64,000 nucleotides of DNA from an uncultured Bacteroidales bacterium (GCA_902775375.1 CACYLU010000004.1:16265-80264); one strand, 5' to 3'; positions 9,592 to 18,227 are shown, numbered from the stretch's first letter. The notes: generated by a model not told the origin, from the letters alone. Made by a program: numbers and translations.

Positions 9592-11001
9592 TTAGATAGT
9601 TTCTTGTTTTAATGCTTCAACATATTTGTCTATACGCTGCATTTCACCTGGTATATCTATGCGTTGAGGGCAATGAGGTGAGCATTGGTTACAACCGATA
9701 CAGTGACTTGCCTGACGAAGCTTCGGCACACTGCGGTCGTAGCCCACAAGGAAAGCGCGCCTTGCAGACCTATAGTTGGAGTCACCCTTGCTTGTAGGGA
9801 TGTTCTTCTCGTATGCACATTTATTATAATGTATGAAAATTGCAGGGATGTCGAGTCCGTAAGGACAAGGCATGCAGTATTTGCAATCATTACATTGGAT
9901 AGTAGGTGTGGCGAGAACTCGTAAGGTGGTCTGTTCCAAATATTCCTTGTCATCTTCAGTAAGAGGCACTAATGGAGCCAAGCTGCGCAGATTGTCTTCC
10001 AGATGCTCCATCATAGTCATGCCACTTAGGGCAGTCAGCACTCCTGGCAGTGATGCTACCCATCGGAATGCCCATGATGCCACACTGTCTTCCGGCCTTC
10101 GTTGTTTGAGCATTACCACGGCATCATCAGGAAGTCTGGAAAGGCGACCTCCCAGCAGGGGTTCCATTACCACTACAGGAATGCCCCTGCGGTTCAACTC
10201 TCCATAGAGATATTCTCCATTGGTATTGCGGGCGTTGATCTCTTTTGCATGAAGCCAGTCCATGTAGTTGAGCTGTATCTGTGCGAAATCCCAGTGGTAT
10301 TTGCCCTCGTCGTGCCATTGTAGTAGCAGATCGAACACTTTAATGTCGCCATGATAGGAGAAACCCAGGTTGCGGATGCGTCCAGCTTTCTTCTGTTCGA
10401 CCAACCAGTCAAGTATGCCATTGTCGATAAATCGCTCATTGAACTCTTTCAAACCTTCCCCCATGCCGATGCCATGCAGCAGATAGTAATCTATGTAGTC
10501 AGTCTGCAGCTCCTTCAGTGAATTCTCAAACAAAGCCATGCTGGCTTCGCGTGGGAATTGTGCAGGAGCGAAATTCGACATCTTAGTAGCTATATAGTAG
10601 GAGTCTCTCGGATAACGACTTAGGGCTATGCCCATTGAACGCTCAGAACCACCTCGGCAATAGGCTGGAGATGTGTCGAAATAGTTGATGCCATGAGCCA
10701 GTGCCACATCTGTCAGTTCGTTTACACGCTCTTGGTCAATGTCGGCTGCTGTCTCACGCGCACTGCCTCCGTCAACTGTTGGCAGACGCATAAAACCATA
10801 TCCTAGCACTGACACCTTATCGCCAGTATTGGGATTTTCGCGCATGGTCATTTGTCCTGTTGGCAAAGGCCCAGTATGAGTGCCAGCCACTGAAATTTGC
10901 TGTTTAGGTTGGCAACTTTCCATTGCCGCGCCTGCAGCTACTGTGGCGCCAGCTCCCATCACCTTCAGGAATCCACGGCGACTTATATTGTTATTAGCCA
11001 T
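9592..11001 (-). CDS. Twin-arginine-signal aldo/keto reductase with C-terminal 2x[4Fe-4S] domain (paralog 1)
   Basis: SRRGFLK Tat motif followed by AAMES-C. Motifs YFDTSPAY / ATKM / LLHG, CNDCKYCMPC and CIGCNQCSPHCP. Start placed at MANNNIS (11001). Confidence 0.9.
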   Translation of the reverse strand: MANNNISRRGFLKVMGAGATVAAGAAMESCQPKQQISVAGTHTGPLPTGQMTMRENPNTGDKVSVLGYGFMRLPTVDGGSARETAADIDQERVNELTDVALAHGINYFDTSPAYCRGGSERSMGIALSRYPRDSYYIATKMSNFAPAQFPREASMALFENSLKELQTDYIDYYLLHGIGMGEGLKEFNERFIDNGILDWLVEQKKAGRIRNLGFSYHGDIKVFDLLLQWHDEGKYHWDFAQIQLNYMDWLHAKEINARNTNGEYLYGELNRRGIPVVVMEPLLGGRLSRLPDDAVVMLKQRRPEDSVASWAFRWVASLPGVLTALSGMTMMEHLEDNLRSLAPLVPLTEDDKEYLEQTTLRVLATPTIQCNDCKYCMPCPYGLDIPAIFIHYNKCAYEKNIPTSKGDSNYRSARRAFLVGYDRSVPKLRQASHCIGCNQCSPHCPQRIDIPGEMQRIDKYVEALKQETI

Positions 11002-11013
11002 CGTAATTGTCAA

Positions 11014-12579
11014 TTAGATGGTTCTGTGTACTTCGTGACCTTCCACGTGGATAGCACTCAGCGGACGAGAAGGACAGAGGTTCTCGCAAGCACCGCAACC
11101 GATGCAGAGCTCCTCGTTTACCACAGGAATCTTCAGTGACTTAGGATCGTTGGCATCAAGTGGCACCATCGTGATAGCACCAGAAGGACAGTGACGTGCG
11201 CAGTTGCCACACTCCTGACCATCTTTGATAGGCACACAGAGCTCGCGTGTCCATACGGCATGACCCACCTGGATGGAAGACTTCTCTGCCACATCGATGA
11301 GGCTGATGGCACCAGCAGGGCACACCTCAGAGCAACGCACGCACTCAGGACGGCAATAGCCCACCTCGTAGCTTGCCTCCGGCTGCATGAGTGTCATCAG
11401 GTCGGTACTTGGACGAAGTACGCCATTAGGACAAGCGGAAACGCAGAGCTGGCAGCCAGTACAGTGGCTAGCCATGTTCTTCAGGCTCTTGGCACCTGGA
11501 GGCACAATCTTGGTGGCACGCTTGGGAGCCACCTTGTCGGCTATATCAGCCAATCCACCGTCCACCTTCTTGTCGGTAGCTTCTGGAATGATCTGTGCCT
11601 TAGCTGCAGCTGCTGCACCCACTGCGATGGTGGTGAGGAAAGTGCGCAGGCCCGGGTCTTTCACGTCAGCCTTAGCCTCTGCCTTAGGAGCTGGCTTGGC
11701 AGATTTTTCAACAACTACTGGCTTTGGGAATGCAGTAGCCATAGAAGGCACGGCAAACTTATAGCTCAGTGCACCGAACTTGCATTTCTCCAGACAGTTG
11801 CCACAGGTGACACAACGACTGTAGTCAACAGTGTGTGTCTTATAGTCAATACAAGAAGCCTTGCAGTTGCGTGAGCACATGCTGCAGCTCTTGCACTTCT
11901 CGGCATCGAAGGTTACATGGAAGAACGAGAAGCGTGCGAAGAATCCCAGCACGGTTCCCACAGGGCAGATGGTGTTGCAGTAAGTTCTGCCATTGCGCCA
12001 AGCCAGGATGAAGATAATGACCAGCGTAACGACAGCGATGATGAGTGTAGGCATTGACTTGATCCAAACATCGACGTCATAGATGGCATAGCTGTCATAC
12101 TTCTCAGCGATGGAAGCCAGCAGGTTGTTGCCCCAGCGGTAGATGGGCTGGAAGATGTTGCTGGCGATACGTCCGTAAGAACTATACGGAGCGAGCAGTG
12201 CAACGAATGAGCCCACACCAGCGATGAGTGCCACGATGAACACGCCCAGTACGGAGTAGCGTAGTGCGCTCTTGGCCTTAGAATAGGTGTAAGGGATTTT
12301 GCACTCCTTCTTTGGACGGGCTTTCTTGCCCAGCCATGCGATGATGTCCTGGAACACACCCATAGGGCATATCACCGAGCAGTAGATGCGTCCGAAGATA
12401 AGTGTCAGTGCGATAAGCAGAATGATAACTCCTGCGTTGAGTGCCAGTACGGCAGGCAGGAACTGCAGTTTTGCCATCCATGAGAACCAAGTGTGGGTCA
12501 CTCCAGTAAAGTCCAAGAACATCAGGGTGATGCACACGAAGAAAATGGTGGCCAGCGTCAGTCTAATTTTACGTACCAT
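11014..12579 (-). CDS. Membrane polyferredoxin (NapH/MauN-like N-half fused to NapF/NapG/MauM-like C-half)
   Basis: TM helices with two CX3CP motifs (YCSVICPMG, YCNTICPVG) and six ferredoxin-type Cys motifs (CKSCSMCSRNC, CVTCGNCLEKC, CTGCQLCVSACP, CRPECVRCSEVCP, C..ECGNCARHCP, CIGCGACENLCP). Confidence 0.88.
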   Translation of the reverse strand: MVRKIRLTLATIFFVCITLMFLDFTGVTHTWFSWMAKLQFLPAVLALNAGVIILLIALTLIFGRIYCSVICPMGVFQDIIAWLGKKARPKKECKIPYTYSKAKSALRYSVLGVFIVALIAGVGSFVALLAPYSSYGRIASNIFQPIYRWGNNLLASIAEKYDSYAIYDVDVWIKSMPTLIIAVVTLVIIFILAWRNGRTYCNTICPVGTVLGFFARFSFFHVTFDAEKCKSCSMCSRNCKASCIDYKTHTVDYSRCVTCGNCLEKCKFGALSYKFAVPSMATAFPKPVVVEKSAKPAPKAEAKADVKDPGLRTFLTTIAVGAAAAAKAQIIPEATDKKVDGGLADIADKVAPKRATKIVPPGAKSLKNMASHCTGCQLCVSACPNGVLRPSTDLMTLMQPEASYEVGYCRPECVRCSEVCPAGAISLIDVAEKSSIQVGHAVWTRELCVPIKDGQECGNCARHCPSGAITMVPLDANDPKSLKIPVVNEELCIGCGACENLCPSRPLSAIHVEGHEVHRTI

Positions 12580-12698
12580 AATAAAATAATTTGTCAGATT
12601 TTAATTTAATGGGCGTAAATATAGTCATTTTCCTTTAAATATAAAAGTTGTGTATAGCAAAAACGAAAAATAATGACTAAAAACGAAACAAAAAGTGA

Positions 12699-14633
12699 TT
12701 ATTCAATAACTGCAGCCCATCCACCGTTTTTAGCTAAATGGATATTCAACTGGGTAGCAGCATTCACATTTTGTATCACCTTATTGTAATGCATGGCCTG
12801 ATAGTCAGCATTCTTTCCGTCTTTATAGGCAGTGAGCTGATGCTGGCCTGCTGACAGGAAATTCAAGTTGAGAGTCAGGTCGCGTGACGTTCCGTTGGTG
12901 ATAGCACCTATAAACCATTTTGCCCCCTTTCGCTTAGCCACCACCACGTATTCTCCTGCTTGTGCAGCCAGGCAGCGTGTCTCGTCCCATGTGGTAGGCA
13001 CACTGGCAATGTAGCGAGTACAGTCGTCTGCCTCATAGTAGCGTGTAGGATTGTCAGCTAACATCTGCACACCACTTTCCAATATTACATAAAGTGCCAT
13101 CTGGAATGCGCGTGTACCCATAGCACCGCTGTTAGGGCGAGTGGCACGATAGCGCTCAGGCTGCATGTTATACATACCACCAGGGGTAAAGTCTGCAGGA
13201 CCTACAGCATTACGTATGAAAGGAATGAAGAGGGTGTTGTCGGTAGTACACCTTGCCATTTGTTCCAGACCTAGCACGCCTTCATAGCTCAGCAGGTTAG
13301 GATATTCCTGCTCCAAACCTGCAGGGGTGAATGCCCCGTGCCAGTCGATGATGATGTGGTATTTGGCAGCTTCGGCAGTAACCTTCTTGTAGAAGTTCAC
13401 CATCCATTGGTCGGCATGATCCATAAAGTCTATCTTTACAGCTGTGATGCCCCAGTCTGCATAGGTCTTGAAGATAGTGTCGAAGTTGTTATACACTGCT
13501 AGCCAAGGGAGCCAAAGCACAATCTTCACGCCTTTGGCATTACAATATTTAATCAGCTCTGGCAAACGCAGCTCGTCGTTACCGTTGAAGGGGTCGGTAG
13601 TGCTTTTAGCCCATCCCTCATCAAGCAATATGTATTTAACGCCATACTTGGCAGCAAAATCGGCAAAGTAGCAATAGGTATCATAGTTACACCCAGCCTT
13701 GAAATCTACGTCAGGACCATAGGGTGTGGCTCCGTTCCACCATTCCCAAGAGAATTGTCCAGGCTTTATCCAACTGGTATCAGCCAGCACATTACGGCGA
13801 GCCAATTGCACGGGAACAGTTTGTTCAATGATTCCTTTTGAGTCAGTCACCACCACCCAGCGCCAAGGTAATGCTCTTTGTCCATTGGTCTTGGCGATAT
13901 AATCAGCTTCTTGAGTGATAGTCTCGCCTCGATCACCACGAGGTTCCCAACTGATCGGTGCTTTAGGGAAAGTAGTTGTGATAGCACCGTCTTTTGTGAG
14001 GAGGAACATATGAGGATAATCGTCTACATCGCTTTCACCTATTAATAGTTGCGTATCATCTGGGGCAGATAACAGCAATGGGGCAGTGGCCATCTTGTCG
14101 TCCTGTTGCCATTCGGACAAACTCTTGTGCTGGTAAGGTTCTTCGTAGGAAGTATTAAAAGAACCAGCTGTCTGGTAATGTGCAGTAAAGTCATTGGCAG
14201 GGCACAAGTTGAATCGCTCGTCCATGATTTCTACATTGCCCTTCTGGTTTAGTACAAAACGGTGAGCCACAGCGTTGTCCATCACACGTAGCAGCACTTG
14301 GTAGGCGCCGTAGTTGATAGTAGCTTCGTTGTAGTTATCGCGAATCTCTGAAAATTTGAGAGGTACAATAGGGTGGATGATTTGATTACCAGGCTTCTGC
14401 TTGATGCTTTTTACTTTGGCTTTATCGCCCAAGGTTTTACCTCCAATGATCAGGGCAATGCCATTTTCGGTATAGACCGTCTTTCCATTACGGCTCACTG
14501 TCCAGGATAGACCGTCAGCAGTATTGATAGTAACTTTGATTTGTCCGTTCGGAGAGGTGACAACTGTATCGGCACCCAAAGCAACTATGCTGAGGCACAG
14601 CAATGCCAACCCAATGCTTAGTATCTTTTTCAT
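12699..14633 (-). CDS. Glycoside hydrolase family 97, probably retaining subgroup, secreted
   Basis: Signal peptide followed by VVTSPNGQIKV. Motifs WIKPG.FSWEWW, YILLDEGW, AVKIDF, DWHGAF.PAGL...YPNL.SYEGV.GLE, R..VGPADFTPG, VPTTWDETR. Confidence 0.92.
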   Translation of the reverse strand: MKKILSIGLALLCLSIVALGADTVVTSPNGQIKVTINTADGLSWTVSRNGKTVYTENGIALIIGGKTLGDKAKVKSIKQKPGNQIIHPIVPLKFSEIRDNYNEATINYGAYQVLLRVMDNAVAHRFVLNQKGNVEIMDERFNLCPANDFTAHYQTAGSFNTSYEEPYQHKSLSEWQQDDKMATAPLLLSAPDDTQLLIGESDVDDYPHMFLLTKDGAITTTFPKAPISWEPRGDRGETITQEADYIAKTNGQRALPWRWVVVTDSKGIIEQTVPVQLARRNVLADTSWIKPGQFSWEWWNGATPYGPDVDFKAGCNYDTYCYFADFAAKYGVKYILLDEGWAKSTTDPFNGNDELRLPELIKYCNAKGVKIVLWLPWLAVYNNFDTIFKTYADWGITAVKIDFMDHADQWMVNFYKKVTAEAAKYHIIIDWHGAFTPAGLEQEYPNLLSYEGVLGLEQMARCTTDNTLFIPFIRNAVGPADFTPGGMYNMQPERYRATRPNSGAMGTRAFQMALYVILESGVQMLADNPTRYYEADDCTRYIASVPTTWDETRCLAAQAGEYVVVAKRKGAKWFIGAITNGTSRDLTLNLNFLSAGQHQLTAYKDGKNADYQAMHYNKVIQNVNAATQLNIHLAKNGGWAAVIE

Positions 14634-14660
14634 GGTAATTAGTAATAATGGTTTATATTA

Positions 14661-14668
14661 CAAAGATA
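14661..14668 (-). promoter_or_regulatory. -7 promoter box (TATCTTTG) for GH97
   Basis: Plus strand CAAAGATA, 28 nt upstream of the start. Confidence 0.6.
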
Positions 14669-14707
14669 GTACAAGTTGGCGAAAGAACAAAGAAAGTATG
14701 TCTTTTG

Positions 14708-15334
14708 TTACAGCAAGATAGTGAGAATGACGCTCCAGTGGGCTATGGCACCCAGTAAGACAAAGATGTGCCAGATGGCATGATAGTGTGGTTGCTTGTC
14801 GTGGGCATAGAAGTAGGTGCCAGCCGTGTAGAGAATACCTTCGGCAATGAGGAAGGTCAACGAGAGAGGCGAAAGCTTCTCCATTACCTTAGGGAATATA
14901 ATCAAAACACTCCATCCCATGACAAGATACATGGCTAGCGAGAGGCGTGGATGCTTGCCTATCGCCACTATCTTGGCAATGCTGCCTATCAGTGCTACAG
15001 CCCAAAGAAATCCGAAAACCAGCCACCCAAGCCAACCACCGATGACGCCCACGCAGATAGGAGTATAAGAGCAGGCTATCATCACGTAGATGCTGATATG
15101 GTCGCACTTGCGAAGTATATTCTTTGCTACGCCAGGTCGAACCCAGTGGTAGATGGTACTGGATAGGAACATCAAAAACATACCAACGATAAAGAAGAAA
15201 ACACCAAACGCCATCTGCCAACTGGTATTGATGGCAGGCCACACCATCCAAATGGATGAGAGTGCGAAGATCACTCCAATGAGGTGTGTCCAGGTGTTGC
15301 CGAGCTCTTCTTTAGAAGGTAGAAATTGTCTCAT
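14708..15334 (-). CDS. PAQR/hemolysin III family (TrhA/YqfA-like) membrane protein
   Basis: EELGNTWTH, SSTIYH, RKCDHISIY..IACSYTP and HAIWHIFVLLGAIAH metal-binding motifs, about 7 TM helices. ATGA overlap with the upstream gene. Confidence 0.92.
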   Translation of the reverse strand: MRQFLPSKEELGNTWTHLIGVIFALSSIWMVWPAINTSWQMAFGVFFFIVGMFLMFLSSTIYHWVRPGVAKNILRKCDHISIYVMIACSYTPICVGVIGGWLGWLVFGFLWAVALIGSIAKIVAIGKHPRLSLAMYLVMGWSVLIIFPKVMEKLSPLSLTFLIAEGILYTAGTYFYAHDKQPHYHAIWHIFVLLGAIAHWSVILTILL

Positions 15335-17808
15335 GCGTGTAGTCGTTCGTTGATGACTTGTTTTACTTGATTGGCTATTTCCTCGTAGGTAAGGTTGCTG
15401 TCTGGTAGGATAGGAGGCAGGTAGTCTATCACTATCTTATGAGGTGATGGGAAGCGCTTAGAGCGAGGCAGTGCCTCAAAAGCGCCTTTGATACATACGG
15501 GTACCACAGGTACTTGCAGTTCCTTGCTCAAGATGGCGAAAGTCTTTTTGAAATCCCCCAACTCACCTGCGTTTGTACGTCGTCCTTCTGGGAAGATAAC
15601 CAAATTCTTGCCTTGCTTAAGTACCTCACCCAGCTTTTGGATAGAGTCGCGCAAGTTGCTTCGCTCCATCAGGATGATGTTGTTGTTACGGGCGTAAGCT
15701 TTACGCAGTTTTCCTCGCATATGCTCCTCAGTGGCATAGTAAAATGTGTCCTTCATGACGGGAGTAGGTAGGGTACACGATACCAACGGACCATCAAGGA
15801 AACTCTGATGGTTGGGCGCGATAATCATCGGGCCATTGGCTGGTATGTTCTCCACTCCATTGATGCTGAGTCTATTATATGATTTGTAGAATCCACGAAT
15901 GATGGTATTGCCCAGGGTCATGTATCGATTGCCGTGAGGCAACTCCAACTTGGAAGAGTCTGCGTGCAGGAACTGATGCCAATCTTCTCCTTCTACCTCC
16001 ATGCGTGTCTTGTTTTCCTCTAAATATTCTGCCAATGCCTGAATACTCTTATATTTTGGCATATCGGCAGCATTGACTTTCGTGCCGAATGTTTGCTGGA
16101 TGAACCCTTCCATTGCCACCATATCCAATGAATCGAAAGCCAGATCTGTTTCAATATGGTCAGTTGGAAGTATTTTGATACCCTTCTCGCTCTCGATGTA
16201 TTTTTTCAGTATTTGGTATTCTTCGGAGGTAGGCTCTTCAACAGGTTTCTTTTCTTGTGGGACAGGTGGGTTGTCTGCACCTGCCAGTATGTCTTTCAGC
16301 TTAAAGCGCTGCAACTTCTCCAGTTTGGTGCGTGGCAAGTCGTTGTGATATACAAACAGACTCATTAGCTTCTTGTAGTTCGTAACAGTAAGATTATAGG
16401 GCTCGAGTACCTCACGTTTAAGTGTTTCTTCTATTTCAGCATCAGACAAGCCTTTTGCCCACGTCTCGTTTGGCACAATGATGGCTCGCAACATGTCGCC
16501 ATCCTGCACTACGGCAGCTTCTTTCACTCGCTCTGAGTATTTCTCTAACTTGTATTCTATCTCGTTAGGTTGCACATTCTTGCCATTAGAGAGCACAATA
16601 ATTTCCTTGCTACGACCAGTAATGTAGATACGGCCTTTCTCGTCCAAATGCCCCAAGTCGCCTGTATGTAGGAATCCATTGGTGTCGATGACAGCAGCTG
16701 TCTCTTCTGGACGGTTATAGTAGCCCTGCATGACATTGGGTCCTTTGGCGCATATCTCTCCATTAATAATCTTTACTTCTTCTTCCTTTAAAGGCAAACC
16801 CACACAGTTGGGAATCAAGTCTCCTGGACGTGTGAAGGCTATCATCGGAGCGCATTCAGTCATGCCGTAGCCTTCCAAAAGTTCCAAACCTAAGGTTTGC
16901 AAACCCAATGCAATTTCACGATCTAATGCAGCACCACCACTTACTAAATATTGTATGTGCCCACCCATCTTTTCGTGTACGGCCTTGAAGATGATGCGTG
17001 AAAGCTTCTTGTTATTGATTTTGGCACAGAGGTTGAAAAGGCCTCTTGTCAAAGCTGTTGCATCTATCTTCTTCTTAATACCATCATAGAGTGTTTGCCA
17101 TAGACGAGGAACACCAATCATGATAGAAATCTGTCCACGCTGGAGTGTGTCCATGATGTCTGGTCCAGACATCGTAGGGCAAATGGCCACACCACCGCCT
17201 ACATAAAGAGGCATCACAACCGAACCTACCAATGGTAACACATGGTGTAATGGCAGCAAGATCAGGGTACGGCTATTTTCTGTGAAGATAGGCACATCTT
17301 CAGATACAGCTCGTATGTTAACAAGAATATTGCGGAACGATAACATCACTCCCTTTGGCGAACCTGTAGTACCAGATGTATAGATGATAAGTGCGGTATC
17401 TTCTTCATCATAGCTGATGTTGGCTTTTTCAACATGGTCGATAGGGTCAGTTTCATGGTCCTCAATGAGATGAATGTCTGCTTTGTGTCCTGTTTCTTTC
17501 AGAGCTGCTTTCGCAACCTCCAACTTCTTGCGGGTGGTCCATATGCACAGAGGGTGACAGTCGTTGATGATGTATGCAACATCACTCACTGTGGAAGATG
17601 CATCCACAGGCACAGCGACACCATGATTAGCCCAGATTGAATAAAAAGCAAAAATCCAGCCTGCACAATTGTCTGCAAATATAAGCGTCTTTTCTCCTTT
17701 TTCCTTAGGTGAAAACTGGCTATATATAAAAACGCGTTGAAGTAATTCTGAATAGGTTATATTGCGTTCGCCTGCAATAATCGCAATCTTGTTGGAATCT
17801 TTTAACAT
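15331..17808 (-). CDS. Trifunctional acyl-adenylation (FadD-like) / acyl carrier / PlsC-type acyltransferase fusion
   Basis: AMP-binding motifs IIYTSGTTGSPKG, EGYGMTE and LHTGDLG...GRSKE. Phosphopantetheine site DLAFDSLDMV. Acyltransferase NHQSFLD (HX4D) and IFPEGRRT. Confidence 0.9.
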   Translation of the reverse strand: MLKDSNKIAIIAGERNITYSELLQRVFIYSQFSPKEKGEKTLIFADNCAGWIFAFYSIWANHGVAVPVDASSTVSDVAYIINDCHPLCIWTTRKKLEVAKAALKETGHKADIHLIEDHETDPIDHVEKANISYDEEDTALIIYTSGTTGSPKGVMLSFRNILVNIRAVSEDVPIFTENSRTLILLPLHHVLPLVGSVVMPLYVGGGVAICPTMSGPDIMDTLQRGQISIMIGVPRLWQTLYDGIKKKIDATALTRGLFNLCAKINNKKLSRIIFKAVHEKMGGHIQYLVSGGAALDREIALGLQTLGLELLEGYGMTECAPMIAFTRPGDLIPNCVGLPLKEEEVKIINGEICAKGPNVMQGYYNRPEETAAVIDTNGFLHTGDLGHLDEKGRIYITGRSKEIIVLSNGKNVQPNEIEYKLEKYSERVKEAAVVQDGDMLRAIIVPNETWAKGLSDAEIEETLKREVLEPYNLTVTNYKKLMSLFVYHNDLPRTKLEKLQRFKLKDILAGADNPPVPQEKKPVEEPTSEEYQILKKYIESEKGIKILPTDHIETDLAFDSLDMVAMEGFIQQTFGTKVNAADMPKYKSIQALAEYLEENKTRMEVEGEDWHQFLHADSSKLELPHGNRYMTLGNTIIRGFYKSYNRLSINGVENIPANGPMIIAPNHQSFLDGPLVSCTLPTPVMKDTFYYATEEHMRGKLRKAYARNNNIILMERSNLRDSIQKLGEVLKQGKNLVIFPEGRRTNAGELGDFKKTFAILSKELQVPVVPVCIKGAFEALPRSKRFPSPHKIVIDYLPPILPDSNLTYEEIANQVKQVINERLHA

Positions 17809-17849
17809 AATCTTTCTTTTAGTTAGCTAATCATGACGTTGTTAAAAAC

Positions 17850-17894
17850 AAAAAAAGCAATTAACATCTAAGCTTTATTAGATATCAATTGCTT
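17850..17894 (-). terminator. Probable terminator downstream of the tRNA-Tyr/tRNA-Gly pair
   Basis: Nested inverted repeats AAGCAATT/AATTGCTT and ATCTAA/TTAGAT, with an A7 run on the plus strand. Confidence 0.55.
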
Positions 17895-17901
17895 CATTTA
17901 G

Positions 17902-17974
17902 AGCGGAAGACGGGGCTCAAACCCGCGACCCTCAGCTTGGAAGGCTAATGCTCTATCAACTGAGCTACTTCCGC
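17902..17974 (-). tRNA. tRNA-Gly (TCC)
   Basis: Reverse complement GCGGAAGTAGCTCAGTTGATAGAGCATTAGCCTTCCAAGCTGAGGGTCGCGGGTTTGAGCCCCGTCTTCCGCT. Cloverleaf with anticodon loop CTTCCAA. Confidence 0.96.
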
Positions 17975-17996
17975 AAAATTCTTTGAATTTTACGGC

Positions 17997-18062
17997 ATTG
18001 TCAGGCTGCACTCGGCATAATCAAAAACAAGTTTTTGCTTCTGCCCTCGTTGGCACGACAAT
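17997..18062. repeat. Imperfect long hairpin in the tRNA spacer (candidate interspersed REP-like element)
   Basis: Nested inverted repeats ATTGTC/GACAAT, GGCA/TGCC and CAAAAAC/GTTTTTG. Confidence 0.45.
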
Positions 18063-18097
18063 TCCGCGATTTCGAAGAATAAATCTCCATTGTTTTG

Positions 18098-18180
18098 TGG
18101 GCAAAGATGGATTCGAACCACCGAAGGCGTACGCCAGCAGATTTACAGTCTGCCCCATTTGGCCACTCTGGTATTTGCCC
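18098..18180 (-). tRNA. tRNA-Tyr (GTA)
   Basis: Reverse complement GGGCAAATACCAGAGTGGCCAAATGGGGCAGACTGTAAATCTGCTGGCGTACGCCTTCGGTGGTTCGAATCCATCTTTGCCCA. Long variable arm, anticodon GTA. Confidence 0.97.
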
Positions 18181-18219
18181 AAACCGTTATGTATAACTCT
18201 TATGGGAGTTTTGCGTTTG

Positions 18220-18227
18220 CAAAGTTA
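18220..18227 (-). promoter_or_regulatory. -7 promoter box (TAACTTTG) for the tRNA pair
   Basis: Plus strand CAAAGTTA, 40 nt upstream of tRNA-Tyr. Confidence 0.7.

Noticed and set aside
14708-15334. Hemolysin III as a toxin or virulence factor
   Set aside because: The family name is historical. The motifs are those of PAQR membrane-homeostasis proteins.
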